Positions 11,255-24,093 of a DNA stretch of 64,000 nucleotides are shown here, piece after piece. Every line of letters starts with the position of its first letter. The first letter of the stretch is position 1. The notes below the pieces were generated by a model. The model searched no databases. It worked only from the letters and a program-made list of their open reading frames with translations, and had not been told where the DNA came from. The position numbers were made by a program, and so were the translations under genes. Source of the DNA: Pristiophorus japonicus (taxonomy: Eukaryota); the NCBI RefSeq assembly GCF_044704955.1, contig NC_091977.1, positions 12,400,001 to 12,464,000 on the forward strand, given 5' to 3'.

Positions 11255-14200
11255 ATGCCCAGCTTCATTGTCCCAGCTTCCAGTGTCCTTGTGTGCAGGA
11301 AATATTGTCAGCTGGAGGAGGTGGAGCTCCAGGTTTCGGAGATTGAGCAGCAGCTGGATTCACTGCGGTGCATCCGCGAGGCTGAGAGCTACGAGGTGGC
11401 ATGTTTCAGGAGGTGGTCACTCCACAGCGTAAGGGTGTTCAGGCAGAGTGGGAATGGGTGACCGCCAGACAGACAAGGAGGACCAGGCAGGTAATGCAGG
11501 AGCCCCCTGAGTGCATCTCGCTCTCCAACCAGTATTCAGTACCGAATACTGGTGAGGGCAATGGTTCCTTTGGGGAGTACAGCCAGAGCCAAGTCCAGAG
11601 CACCACCTACGGCTCAGCTGTGCAGCGGGGAAAGAGGAAGATCAAGAAAGTAATAGTGGTAACGGATTCGATAGTTAGGGGAACAGACAGGCGTTTCTGC
11701 GGTCGCAGAGGTGATTCCAGGATGGTATGTTGCATCACTTGGGTCAGGGGCAAGGATGTCACTGAGCGGCTGCAGGACATTCTAAAGGGGGGAGGGTGAA
11801 CTGCCAAAGGTTGTGATCCATATCGGTATCAATGACATAGCTAGAAAGAGAAACATAGAAAATAGGTGCAGGAGCAGACCATTCGGCCCTTCAAGCCTGC
11901 ACCACCATTCAATAAGATCATGGCTAATCATTCACCTCAGTACCCCTTTCCTGCTTTCTCTCCATATCCCTTGATCCCTTTAGCCGTAAGGGCCATATCT
12001 AACTCCCTCTTGAATATATCCAATGAACTGGCATCAACAACTCTCTGCGGTAGGGAATTCCACAGGTTAACTACTCTCTGAGTGAAGAAGTTTCTCCTCA
12101 TCTCAGTCCTAAATGGCTTACCCCTTATCCTTAGACGAATGTCCCCTGGTTCTGGATTTCCACAACAACAGGAACATTCTTCCTGCATCTAACCTGTCCA
12201 GTCTCGTCAGAATTTTATATGTTTCTATGAGATCCCCTTTCATCCTTCTAAACTCCAGTGAATACAGGCCCAGTTGATCCAATCTCTCCTCATATGTCAG
12301 TCTTGCCATCCCGGAAATCAGTCTGGTGCACCTTCGCTGTACTCCCTCAATAGCAAGAACATCCTTCCTCAGATTCGGAGACCAAAACTGAACACAATAT
12401 TCCAGGTGAGGCCTCACTAAGGCCCTGTACAATTGCAGTAAGACCTCCCTGCTCCTATACTCGAATCCCCTAGCTATGAAGGCCAACATACCATTTGCCT
12501 TCTTCACCGCCTGCTGTACCTGCATGCCAACTTTCAATGACTGATATACCATGACACCCAGGTCTTGTTGCACCTCCCCTTTTCCTAATCTGCCGCCATT
12601 CAGATAAAGAGAGATGGGGTCCCTTAGACAGATTTTAGGGAGCTAGGAAAGAGATTAAAAAGCAGGACCTCAAAGATAGTAATCTCCCAATTACTCCCGG
12701 TGCAACGAGCTAGTGAGTATAAAAGGAAGTGGAGCAACTTGATTAATGCGTGGCTGGAAAGATGGGACAGGAGGGAGGGCTTCAGATTCCTGGGGCATTG
12801 GGACTGGTTCTGGCGGAGGTGGGACGGGTTGCACCTCAACAGAGCTGGTACCAATGTCCTCATGGGGGGTTTGCTCGTGCTGTTGGGGAGGGTTTAAACT
12901 AATTTGGCAGGTGGATGGGCACCAGGATGTAGCATTAGAAAAGAGAAACAAGGTGCACAAAGGATGGGGCGAGACAGATGGCACTAGAATAAGAAATAGT
13001 AAGGTATTAGGTGGGGTCAGACTAAGAGAGATTACAACAAGGTCTAAGATAGGTTTACACTGTGTGTATGTAAACACACAAAGTATGGTGAATAAGGCTG
13101 GTGATCTTCAGGTGCAAATAGCCACATGGGAATATGATGTTGTGGCAATAACGGACACCTGGCTCAATAAAGGGCAGGATCAGGCTTTAAATATTCTTGG
13201 ATAGAAGCTGTTCAGGAAAGATCGGGAAGGAAAGAAAGGGGGTGGGGTAGCAGTATTGGTTAAGGAGAATGTCACAGTGCTGGAGAGAGGATGTCCTGGG
13301 GGGGTCAAGAACAGAAACTATTTGGTTAGAGTTACGAAACAATAGAGGTGCCATTACACAATTAGCTGTATTCTTTGGCCACCAACTAGTGGGAAAGATA
13401 TGCAGGAGCAAATTTTCAAAGAAATTACAGAGAGGTGCAAGAACTATAGAGTAGAAATAATGGAGGACTCCAACTATCCTAATAGAGACTGGGATTGTAA
13501 TAGTGTAAAGAGCAAAGAGAGGAAAGAATTTCTGACAGGCATTCAGGAAAATTTTCTTGATCAATATGTTTCTGGCCCAACGAGGAAGGAGGTATTGATG
13601 GATCAGGTTCTGTGGATGAGATAGGACTAGTAGATGGGAACATTTAGAGAACAGTGATCATAGTATCGTAAGGCTTAGGCTAGCTATGGAAAAGGATAGG
13701 GAGAAATTTAGAGTAAAAATATTTAATTGGAGGAAGACAAACTTCAGTGGGTTGAGAATGGATCTGGCCCGGGTAAATTGGAATTAAAGATTGGCAGGCA
13801 AAACTGTAATTGAACAATAGGCTGCCTTTAAAGAGGAGATGGTTTGGGTACAGTTCAGGTACATTCCCACGAGGGGGAAAGGTAGGGCAACTAAAGTCAG
13901 ACCTCCCTGGATAATGAAAAAGAGAGAGTAAGATGAAGAAGAAAAAGAGCGGGTATGACAGATGTCAGGTTGAGAATACAAGTGAAAATCAGGCTGAATA
14001 TAGAAAGTTCTGAGGGGAAGTGAAAAAGAAAATAAGAGGGGCAAAGAGAGCATATGAGAATAGATTGGTAGCTAACATAAAATGGAATTCAAAAGTCTTC
14101 TATAGACATATAAATAGTAAACGGATAGTGGGTGGGGCTGATTAGGGAGCAAAATGGAGACCTATGCATAGAGGGAGAGGGAATGGCTGAGGGACTAAAT

Positions 14201-14846
14201 GGGTACTTTGCGTCTGTCTTTACCAAGGAAGAAGATGCTGCCAAAGTCACAGTGAAAAAGGAGGCAGTTGAGCTACTGGATGGGATAAAAATTGATAAAG
14301 AGGAGGTGCTAGAAAGGTTGCCGGTACTTAAAGTTGATAAGTCACCAGGGCCAGATGGGATGCATCCTAGGATGCTGAGGGAAGTTAAGGAGGAAATCGG
14401 TGAGGTACTGGCCATAATCTTCCAATCCTACTTAGATACAGGGTAGTGCCAGAGGACTGGAGAATTGAAAATGTTACCCCTTGTTTAAAAAAGGGTGACA
14501 CAGGCCAGTCAGTTTCACCTCGGTAGTTGGGAAGCTTTTAGAAATGATAATCAGGGACAAAGTTAACAGTCACTTGGACAAGTGTGGATTAATTAAAGAA
14601 AGCCAGCATGGATTTGTTAATCATGTTTAACTAACTTAATTGAGTTTTTTGATGAGGTAACAGGGAGGATTGATGAGGTTTACATGGACTTCCAAAAGGT
14701 GTTTGATAAAGTGCCACATAATAGTCTTGCCAGCAAAGTTGAAGCCAATGGAGTGGGACTTGCTGAATTGCTGTTGCAGAGAGCCAACACGGACTCGATG
14801 GGCCAACTGGCCTCCTTCTGTGCTGTAACCATTCTATGATTCTATG
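11255..14846 (+). mobile_element. CR1 LINE (ORF1, partial ORF2, 3' tail), degenerate, interrupted by another CR1
   Basis: ORF1 pieces 11255-11830 and 12620-12897 (zipper, esterase); ORF2 APE and RT start to ~14750; jumps to an (ATTCTATG)2 tail. Confidence 0.85.
11852..12605 (-). mobile_element. CR1 LINE 3' fragment inserted in the ORF1 of another CR1
   Basis: Tail at ~11852; flanked by an AAAGAGA duplication (11845-11851 / 12606-12612). Confidence 0.9.
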
Positions 14847-16325
14847 AAAGAAGTACAAGTACATCACTGTTTCTCCTGGAAGGAGATTTTGGGGCCCTGG
14901 ATTGTGGGAAGGGAGGAGATAAAAGGGCAGGTACTGCATCTCCTGCGCTTGCATGGGAATTTGTTTTGGATAGGGGTGGGGCTATTGGGGGTGAATGAGG
15001 AGTGACCCGGGTGTCGTGGAGGGAATGGTCCCTTCAGAATGCTGAAAGGGGACGGGAGGGAAAGATGTGTTTGGTGGTGGGATCACGCTGGAGGTGGTGG
15101 AAATGGCGAAGGATGATCCGTTGATCGTGAAGGCCTGTGGGGTGGAAGGTGAGGACAGAAGGATGAGATGATAGGGAATCCTATCATGGTGCTGGGAGGC
15201 AGCAGAAGGGATGAGAGCAGAAGTGCGGAAATGGAACAGGCACGGTCGAGGGCCATGTCAACATGGGTGGAGGGAATCCTTAGTTGAGGAAAAAGGAAGA
15301 CGTGTCGGAGCACTGTATGTGGCATCGTCAGAACAGATGCGATGGAGACGGAGAAACTGGGAGAATGGAATAGAGTTCTTACAGGAAGTGGGGTGGAAGG
15401 AACTGCAGCTGTGGGAGGCATTATAGTGGATATTTGTCGATAGCCTACCTCAAAACTGCCACGAAGCTCATGGTCTACAGGGCTGTAGTAATACCCGCCC
15501 TCCTGTATGGCTCTGAGATATGGGCCATGTACAGTAGACACCTCAAGTCGTTGGAGAAATACCACCAACAATGCCTCCGCAAGATCCTACAAATCCTCTG
15601 GGAGGACAGATGCACCAACATTAGCATCCTCGACCAGGCCAACATCCCCAGCATTGAAGCACTGACCACACTCGATCAGCTCCGCTAGGCAGGCCACATT
15701 GTTCGCATGCCAGACACGAGACTCCCAAAGCAAGCACTCTACTCGAACTCCTTCACGGCAAACGAGCCAAAGGTGGGCAGAGGAAGCGTTACCCTCAAAG
15801 CCTCCCTGAAAAAGTGCAATAGCCCCACTGACACCTGGGAGTCCCTGGCCAAAGACCACCCTAAGTGGAGGAAGTGCATCCGGGAGGGCACTGAGCACCT
15901 TGAGTCTCATCGCCGAGAGCATGCAGAAATCAAGCGCAGGCAGCGGAAAGAGCTTGCGGCAAACCTGTCCCACCCACCCTTCCCTTCAACCACTGTCTGT
16001 CCCACCTGTGACAGGGTCTGTGGTTCTCGTATTGGACTGTTCAGCCACCTAAGGACTCATTTTAAGAGTGGAAGCAAGTCTTCCTCGATTCCGAGGGACT
16101 GCCTATGATGATGATGATGATCCCCGGAAATGGAGACAGAGAAGTCGAGAAAGGAAAGGGAAGAGCTGAAGATGGATCATGTAAAGGCGAGAGAAGGTGG
16201 AAGTTGGAAGCAAAGTTTATGACATTTTCCAGTTCAGTGCCAGAGCAGGAAACGGTACTGATACATTCATTAGTGTACCGCTGGAAAAAGAGGTGAGGGA
16301 GACCAGAGTAGGACCGGAACAAAGA
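14847..16325 (-). mobile_element. Penelope-like retroelement fragment, interrupted by RTE
   Basis: Minus strand encodes LPFLDFSVSISGDRLSTNIHY...HPTSCKNSIPFSQFLRLHRICSDD, the RT C-terminal/thumb signature of Penelope-like elements. Confidence 0.8.
15448..16120 (+). mobile_element. RTE-clade LINE 3' fragment
   Basis: TKLMVYRAVV..LLYGSE, RLPKQ, terminal zinc-finger-like CPTC..H; (ATG)5 tail. Confidence 0.9.
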
Positions 16326-16387
16326 AAGGAATAATTCAAACTAGAAATATGATTGTGCTGTAAAATAATTCGATCACAACCGTGTGT

Positions 16388-16525
16388 GTTTTTTTTACTC
16401 ATGATGTGGACGTCGCTGACAAGGCCGGCATTTATTGCCCTCCCCTTGTTGCCCTGAGAAGGTGGTGATAAAACTGAGCCTCTTGGGAGGGCAGTTAAGA
16501 GCCAGTCAGGTCGGTATGGGACTCG
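16388..16525 (-). mobile_element. Short non-autonomous derivative of the tRNA-headed LINE (5'UTR end joined to 3' tail)
   Basis: Minus strand reads CTCTTAACTGCCCT (as at ~38473-38486) followed within ~30 bp by the LINE 3' end (ACCTTCTCAGGGCAA..GGGCAATAAATG..CACATC..polyA, as at 59020-59103). Confidence 0.65.
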
Positions 16526-16599
16526 ATTGTAAAAAAGCAAGTGGCTCAATGATTAATGAGTGAGATTTGGCAATCGACAACAATGACTCACACACAAAC

Positions 16600-18324
16600 T
16601 GTAGTGTTTGTAGGCACCTTTGGTAATGACTCCACGAGGCAGGGTATGGTACTTAAAACTGTGTAGACTATAGTCCTTTATTTGCAGCTCCTTCCTCAGG
16701 TTCGGCCATGGGCGTCGGGAATCCACTTCTTTCGACGATGTTCACCTCTTGGGAGTCCTGTCCCGGCCCAGAAGGTGGAGTTTGGGCTTTCGGTCCTGGA
16801 GATTTCATCGCGGTGTTGTGGAGTCGTCGCCGCGCAGTCGAGCTGGATGGTGGGATCTCTGGAGGCAGCGATGGATCCACGTTTGATGTCGATTGCTGGA
16901 GCCCGGAGGCCGTCGTCACTTCGACCGAATTGGACCAGGTTCATCCAATTCCTTCCCAGCAGCGTGTGACCTTCGCCAGCAATGATCCACAGGAGGACTT
17001 TGTTCAACAAGCCACCCTGGGAGACCTGGACGTCCACGCTGCCAACCACTGGAATTTGAACTTTGGTGTAGGTGAGCAGCTTCGCTTGGACAGGATGCAG
17101 TTTTGGTCGATTGGCGGGATTTATCCCAAGTTTTTCAAAAATCGTTTGGCTCATCAGAGACTGGCTCGCCCCTGTCTTGATCTCCATAGAAACTGGGACT
17201 CCGTCGAAGTCTACTTCCATCGTCCATGGAGAACTATCGGTGGAGCAGGTATAAACTCCATACTCTAATTCCAGGGGTTGAGCAGCTTCACCTTTATCTG
17301 TGTCAGAGCCCCGGTGATCAGCCAACTCATCAGAGATGCGATGAGTAGAGCTTTTTCTGCACATTCTTTGAAAGTGCCCTTTCTCTTTGCAGCCTTTGCA
17401 AGTGTAGTCTTTCTAGCGGCACTGGTGGGTCCTGTGGTTTCCCCCACATCGCCAGCTCGGGGCCATCTGGTTGGCCCCATGTGCCGGACTCAGGGTTGCG
17501 GGACTCGGGGCAACATTTCTGCCTTTAGAAGTATCTATGCGGTGCACTGCGTTCGCTGGTTTAGAGTCCTGGGTCAGTATTCGCCTGGAGTCACCGACCG
17601 AAACCATGTGGGCCTGGCTCACTTGAATTGCTTTCTGCATGGTGACTGTGATGTCGGCAGAGAGCAATTTGTGTAGGAGGCCCTCGTGGCCAATTCCGAT
17701 GACAAATATGTCCCTTAGTTCTTCATTAAGGTGGTCTCCAAAATCACACGGTGCAGCTAGTCTTCTTAAATGTGCAGCATACTTAGTAATTTCTTGGCCT
17801 TCGGGTCGCCGCTAAGTGTAGAACTGGTGCCTGGCTGTGAGGATGCTTTCTTTCGGTTTTAGTTGCTCCTGTATAAGTGTTACAAGTTCCTCATAGCTCT
17901 TGGTTATTGCCTTCTCCGGGGCTAGCAAGTCCCTGATGAGACAATGGATGGTGGGCCCACAACTGTTAAGCAGGATGGTCCTGCGCTTGTTCGGTCGTGT
18001 AGCCTGTGTGTCCCCATCCAGGTCGTTGACTATGAAGAAATGTTCCAATCTTTCTACAAAAGCATCCCAATCTTACCCATTGTAAGTTGCTGAGATTCAA
18101 CATGCTGAGTGTGTAGTTCGTGACCTGGTATCCTCGTCGCCAGTTGTAGTGTATGTAGGCACCTTTGGTAATGATTCCACGAGGCAGGATATGGTACTTA
18201 AAACGGTGTGCAGGTAACCCTTAGATCTCCAGCAGCAGGTGGTGTACAGGTAAGGTGTGTACAGTGTAAGGGTACATTCAGTGTTACAGACATCATACAA
18301 CAAAACAAGCATGCATATATAACA
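16600..18324 (-). mobile_element. Gypsy family D: 1.7-kb gag+protease-only LTR element
   Basis: Perfect TSD CAAAC (16595-16599 / 18325-18329). 5' LTR 18145-18324, partial 3' LTR 16600-~16690. PBS TGGCGACGAGGAT. Gag pieces and degenerate protease (MEIKTGAS..LLGRNW); no RT or integrase. Confidence 0.88.
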
Positions 18325-18332
18325 CAAACAAC

Positions 18333-18510
18333 TTTTAAAAGTTCATTTGTAGGATGTGTTGCATCGCTGACAACGCTGACATTTATTGCCCATCCATACT
18401 TACCCTGAGCAGGTGCTAATCCATCTGCTTGAAGCACTGAGTACCAGTTTGATACAACGGGATGGCTTTCTAGGGTACTTCACAGGTCAGTAAAGAGTCA
18501 ATTACTTCGG
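18333..18510 (-). mobile_element. Second degenerate bipartite derivative of the tRNA-headed LINE
   Basis: Same tail (GGGCAATAAATG..CAGCGATG) preceded by a TTGACTCTT.ACTG.CC 5'UTR remnant. Confidence 0.55.
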
Positions 18511-18554
18511 TGTGCGACATGTTGACTCTTAACCAAGATTAAAAAAATATATAT

Positions 18555-19675
18555 TTTTTAAAAATTCATTCATGTGATGTGGGCATCACTGACAAGGCCA
18601 GCAGTTATTGTCCGTCCCTAATAGCCCTCGAGAATGTGGTGGTAAGCTGCCACCTTGAACCGCTGCAGTCCGTGTGGTGAAGGTGCTCCCACAGTGCTGT
18701 TAGGGAGAGATTTACAAGATTTTGACCCAGCGACGATGAAGAAACGGCCGATATACTTCCAAGTCAGGATGGTATGTAACTTGGAGGGGAACGTGGAGGT
18801 GGTGGTGTTCCCATGCTCTTGCTGCCCTTGTCCTAGGTGGTAGAGGTTGTGTATTAGGAGGTACTGCCGAAGAAGCCTTGGCGAGTTGCTACAGTGCATC
18901 TTGTAGATGGTACACACTGCATCTTGCAGATGGTACATACTGCAGCCACGGTGCGCCGGTGGTGGAGGGAGTGAATGTTGAAGGTGGTGAATGGGGTGCC
19001 CATTAAGGTGGCTGCTTTGTCCTGGATGGTGTCGAGCTTCTTGAGTGTTGTTGGAGCCGCACTCATCCAGGCAAGTGGAGAGTATTCCATTACACTCCTG
19101 CCTTGTGCCTTGTAGATGGTGGAACAGCTTTGGGGGGTCAGGAAGTGAGACACTTGCTGCAGAATACCCAGATTCTGACCCGCTCTTGTTGCCACAGCAT
19201 TTATGTGGCTGGTCCAGTTAAGTTTCTGGTCAATGGTGGGGGATTCGGCGAAGGTAATGCCATTGAATGTCATGGGGTGGTGGCTAGACTTTCGCTTGTT
19301 GGAGATAGTCATTGCCTGGCACTTGTGTGGCGCGAATGTTACTTGCCACTTATCAGCCCAAGCCTGAATGTCATCCAGGTCTTGCTGCATGCGGGCATGG
19401 ACTGCTCCATTTTCTGAGGAGTTGCGGATGGTTGACCAATGTGCAGTCATCAGTAAACATCCTCACTTCTGACCTTATGATGGAGGGAAGGTCATTAATG
19501 AAGCAGCTAAAGATGGTTGGGCCTAGGACACTGCCCTGAGGAACTCCTGCAGTGAAGTCCTGGGGCTGTGATGATTGACCTTCAGCCACTACAACCATCT
19601 TCCTTTGTGCTAGGTATGACTCCAGCCGGTGGAGAGGTTTCCCCTTGATTCTCATTGACTTTAGCTTTACTTGGG
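18555..19675 (-). mobile_element. 3' half of a CR1-group (L2/Crack-like; clade uncertain) LINE
   Basis: [25 protein letters not shown]; same family as 38220-59103; poly-A-like tail; internal 23-bp tandem duplication at ~18895-18940. Confidence 0.85.
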
Positions 19676-20935
19676 CCCCTCAAATTCCTGGGACATTGGA
19701 ACTGGTTCTGGGGGAGGTGGGACCAGTACAAACTGCACGGTCTGCACCTGGGCAGGACCGGAGCCAATGTCCTGGGGGGAGTGTTTGCTAGTGCTGTTGG
19801 GGAGGGGTTAAACTAATATGGCAGGGGGATGAGAACCTATGCAGGGAGACGGAGGGAAGTAGAATGGGGACAGAAGCAAAAGATAGAAAGACGAAAAGTA
19901 AAAGTCGAGGGCAGAGAAACCCAAGGCAAAAAGGAAAAAGGGCCAAATTACAGCAAAATTCAAAAGGGGCAAAATGTGTTAAAAGGACATGCCTGAAAGC
20001 TCTGTGCTTCAATGTGAGGAGTATTCGGAATAAGGTGGACAAATTAACTGCACAGATAGCAGTTAACGGATGTGATGTAATTGGCATCACGGAGACATGG
20101 CTCTAGGGTGACCAAGGCTGGGAACTCAACATCCAAGGGTATTCAACATTCAGGAAGGATAGAAAGAAAGGAAAAGGTGGTGTTGCTGGTTAAAGAGGAA
20201 ATTAATGCAATAGTAAGGAAGGACATTAGCTTGGATGATGTGGAATCGGTATGGGTGGAGCTACGGAATACCAAAGGGCAGAAAATGCTAGTGGGAGTAG
20301 TGTACAGACCACCAAACAGTAATAGTGAGGTTGGGGACAACATCAAACAAGAAATTAGGGATGCGTGCTGTGATATCTTCACAGAGCACAGCACAAACAG
20401 CTTCCACCATGGCAGGCAGCTCTCTCGGAAGCCTCCGGAAATCTGCCTGGTTCTGTTTATTATTGACTATGCAGTTGCAGTACACAATACGTCCACATCA
20501 ACAGTGTGGAGCTACAAACATTACAAGCTTACAGACATTACACTTCTCCCTCCTTAATGAAGAAGCCATCATAACAAACATCATACATAACTTTCATGTT
20601 TATACATAACACAGGATATAAACTTATTTTTTTTTCCATATTTACAAATTTAACTTTACCACTTGTTTTCTGTTTCGAAGAGGGTACCTTCGCTCTCGAA
20701 CAGAACCTTCCAAACCTGGTGTTGATTTCACAATCATTCGAGGCTCATCCTGAGGAATGTTTTTTTCCACGGAATTTCCTTGATTTTCATTTGAACTCAC
20801 TCTAACTTCAGGCTCTTTGTTTTCCTGACTCGGACTCAGACTTTCATTCTGATTCTCTCCTGGATTTGTTTCCAGTACATTGGATTTAGGATTTGCTACT
20901 GGTGTATCAAAACTATCTGATGAGTCAGAAATAAT

Positions 20936-23900
20936 TTAATCATTCCCACCTTCAACTCCTTCCATGTCTGTAGGTAAAATATGATCAACATGAACAAACC
21001 TAACCTGTCCATTATCAAACATCTTTACCAAATATGTGCGAGGAACATATATCTTCACCACTCTTCCTGGTAACCACTTTAACCATTTATGGTGATGGTT
21101 CTTCACTCTCACCTTCTGGTTTAATTTCACACTTCTCTCTTTTACTGTACCTCTATCATGATTCTCTTTCTGTCTTAATTGTGTCTCTTCTATGGACTGT
21201 GCCAAATTTGGCTTTAACAACGAGAATCTGGTTCATGGCTGTCGTTTGAGAAACAACTCTGCTGGTGTTCTACCAGTAGTTGTATGAGGAGTATTTCGAT
21301 ATGTAATCAAAAAATTAGCCAATTTGTGATCCAGTGACAACTGTCGTTTCCTTGGATTTGGATCTAACATTTGTTTTATGAGGGCACGTTTTACAATTTG
21401 TGCAGTGCGCTCTGCTGCACCATTCGAAGCAGGATGGTATGGTGGAACCTTGGTATGTTTCACACCATTTTTGCTCGTGAATTGTGAAAATTCTTCTGAA
21501 CGAAATTGTGGTCCATTATCTGAAACAATTTCTTCAGGAAGGCCAAATGAAGAAAATAATTTTCTTAAAATGTCCAATATTTTACTTGTTGTTATTTTCC
21601 ACATTGGAAATACCTCAACCCACTTCGAATGGCTATCAATCACAATGAACAATTGTTCTCCTTCTAACTCAGCAAAATCAATATGTAGCCTTTGCCACAC
21701 CCTGGGAGGCCATTTCCATGGCTGTAATGGTACTGGTGGTGGTTGCTTGCTTACCGATTGACATGTCGTACACTGACTCACGATGTACTCTATATCTTTA
21801 TCAAGACCTGGCCACCATAAATAACTGCGTGCAAAACTCTTGGTCAAGCACATTCCCAGGTGCTGGTCATGGAGGTCTCCTAATAATTTGGACCTGAATT
21901 TATTTGGTAAAACCACTCTTACATCCCACATGATACAATCTTTATCGACTGATAATTCATTCCTACGAATGAAGAATGGATGTGTATCTTTGTCTGTTAC
22001 CTGATTTGGCCATCCATTTGCAATATACTCATACACCTTTGACATCACTGAGTCACGTTTGGTTGCTCTACCAATCTCTTCAGCTGTGACTGGCAGTTCA
22101 TCAATGTATGAAAAATAAAACACTTCTTCCCTATCGGGTGTAACTAGTGATGGGGAAGGCAATCTAGACATTGCATCAACATTACTGTGATCAGCTGATC
22201 GTCTGTATTCAATATCATATGTATATGCTGACAAAATCAAAGCCCATCTCTGCATTCGGGCTGCAGCTAATGTTGGAACTGGGAACTTTGGATGGAGGAT
22301 TGCTGTTAGGGGCTTATGGTCAGTAACGATGGTAAACTTACGACCATACAAGTATTTGTGAAACTTCTTGACCCCAAAAATGAATGCCTAAGCTTCCCTT
22401 TCAATTTGCGCATAATTACTCTCACTGGCACTGAGACTGCATGAAGCAAAAGCAATTGGTCTCTCCTCCCCACTACTTAATACATGAGAGATCACTGCCC
22501 CAACTCCATACGGAGAGGCATCACATGCTAGCTTAATCTCCTTAGATATGTCACAGTAAACTAACATGGTGCTCTCTACCAATTTACTTTTACACTCCTT
22601 GAATGCTGTATTGCATTCTTTTGACCATTTCTAATGGACCTGTTTTTTCAATAGTTCATCAGTGGATGTAATACTGTAGCCAAATTTGGTAGGAACTTCT
22701 CATAATAGTTCAAAAGACCCAAGAATGAACGAAGTTCAGTGACATTCCTGGGAGTGGGTGCATTTCAAATTGCATCCAATTTTTCCATGGTTGGATGTAA
22801 ACCATCCTTGTCTACTCTGTACCCTAAGTACTCCACTGAGTTTTTAAATAACTCACACTTACGAGCAGACACTCGTACTCTGTGCTTCTCTAGCCGTTTG
22901 AGGACTTAATTCAACATGTTATTATGAATTTGCCTATTTGGTGCTGAAATTAGTATGTCATCCAAATAACATACTACCCCTTCAATACCTTGCAAAATCT
23001 GGTTCATCACCCCTTGGAATATAGCAGGGGCGGAAGACACTCCAAACGGTAGCCTATTAAATTGATATTGGCCGAGATGAGTATTTATAGTCAAACATGA
23101 CTTGGACTCCTCATCTAGTTCAAGCTGTAAGTAGGCATTCGTAAGATCCAGTTTTGAGAAGATCTGACCACCTGTCAGTGTTGTGAACAAATCTATGTTC
23201 GGCAATGTATTGGGGACATTACCCTCTAGAATCTGGTTTACGGTTACTTTATAATCACCACACAATCTTACCTTACCATCAGACTTAGGTACAACAACAA
23301 TGGGTGTAGCCCAATTACATTGATCTATCTTACAAATAATGTTCTCAGTCTCTCGTCTTTTGAGTTCTTGCTCAACTTTCTCCTTGAGTGCATATGGTAC
23401 GGAACGTGGCTTGTAGTAAACTGATCTAGCGTCCTTCTGTACCCTGACATTCGCCTTGAAGCCTTGGATCGGACTGCCCGTTTCGCAGAACACCTTCGGA
23501 TATTTCTTGATAACCTCATCCGTTGATGAAAATCTCGCTTCCACACAGAAAATCTTACTCCAATCCAGCTTCAGTGAGCTCAACCAATTTCTTCCTAGTA
23601 AGGCAGACTTGTCTCCCTTCACTAATATTGGAGGCAAGTTCTGAAATTGATCTTTACATTTCACCAGTATGGTGATACGACCTACCACAGGAATTTTCTC
23701 TCCCGAGTAGCCTCGTAGCTCTATCTTGGGTTTCTCCAGTTGAAAATCACGCAATTTGTCGCGATATAGTGACTCCGGTACTACACTCACGGATGCACCC
23801 GTGTCGATTTCCATTGGTATCTTGAATCCCGCAACATCTATGTAGATTTTGATGATTTCCGAATCGCTGTCTGTTAACCTCGTGCTCCTGATGACGTGTA

Positions 23901-23937
23901 ACTCTAACATCTCCTCGTCCTGTTGTTGTTCTTCCAT
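20936..23937 (-). pseudogene. Gypsy pol pseudogene (PR-RT-RNaseH-IN)
   Basis: ORFs 22906-23937 (IDTGAS, YLDD), 22388-22582 (CDAS), 21233-22351 (HHCC, D,D35E), 20936-21220. Confidence 0.93.
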
Positions 23938-24093
23938 GCTATAAGAAGTAGAAAGGAATCAAAAGGTGATGTCACAGCCAATGGGGTAAGTGATTGGCTG
24001 GTGATTGGTGAGTAGCTTTTCTTTTTCTTTTTATATCAGTAAGTAAACTGTAGCATTGTTATTACCAATTTAAGGGTATCTAAGGGTTAAGGT

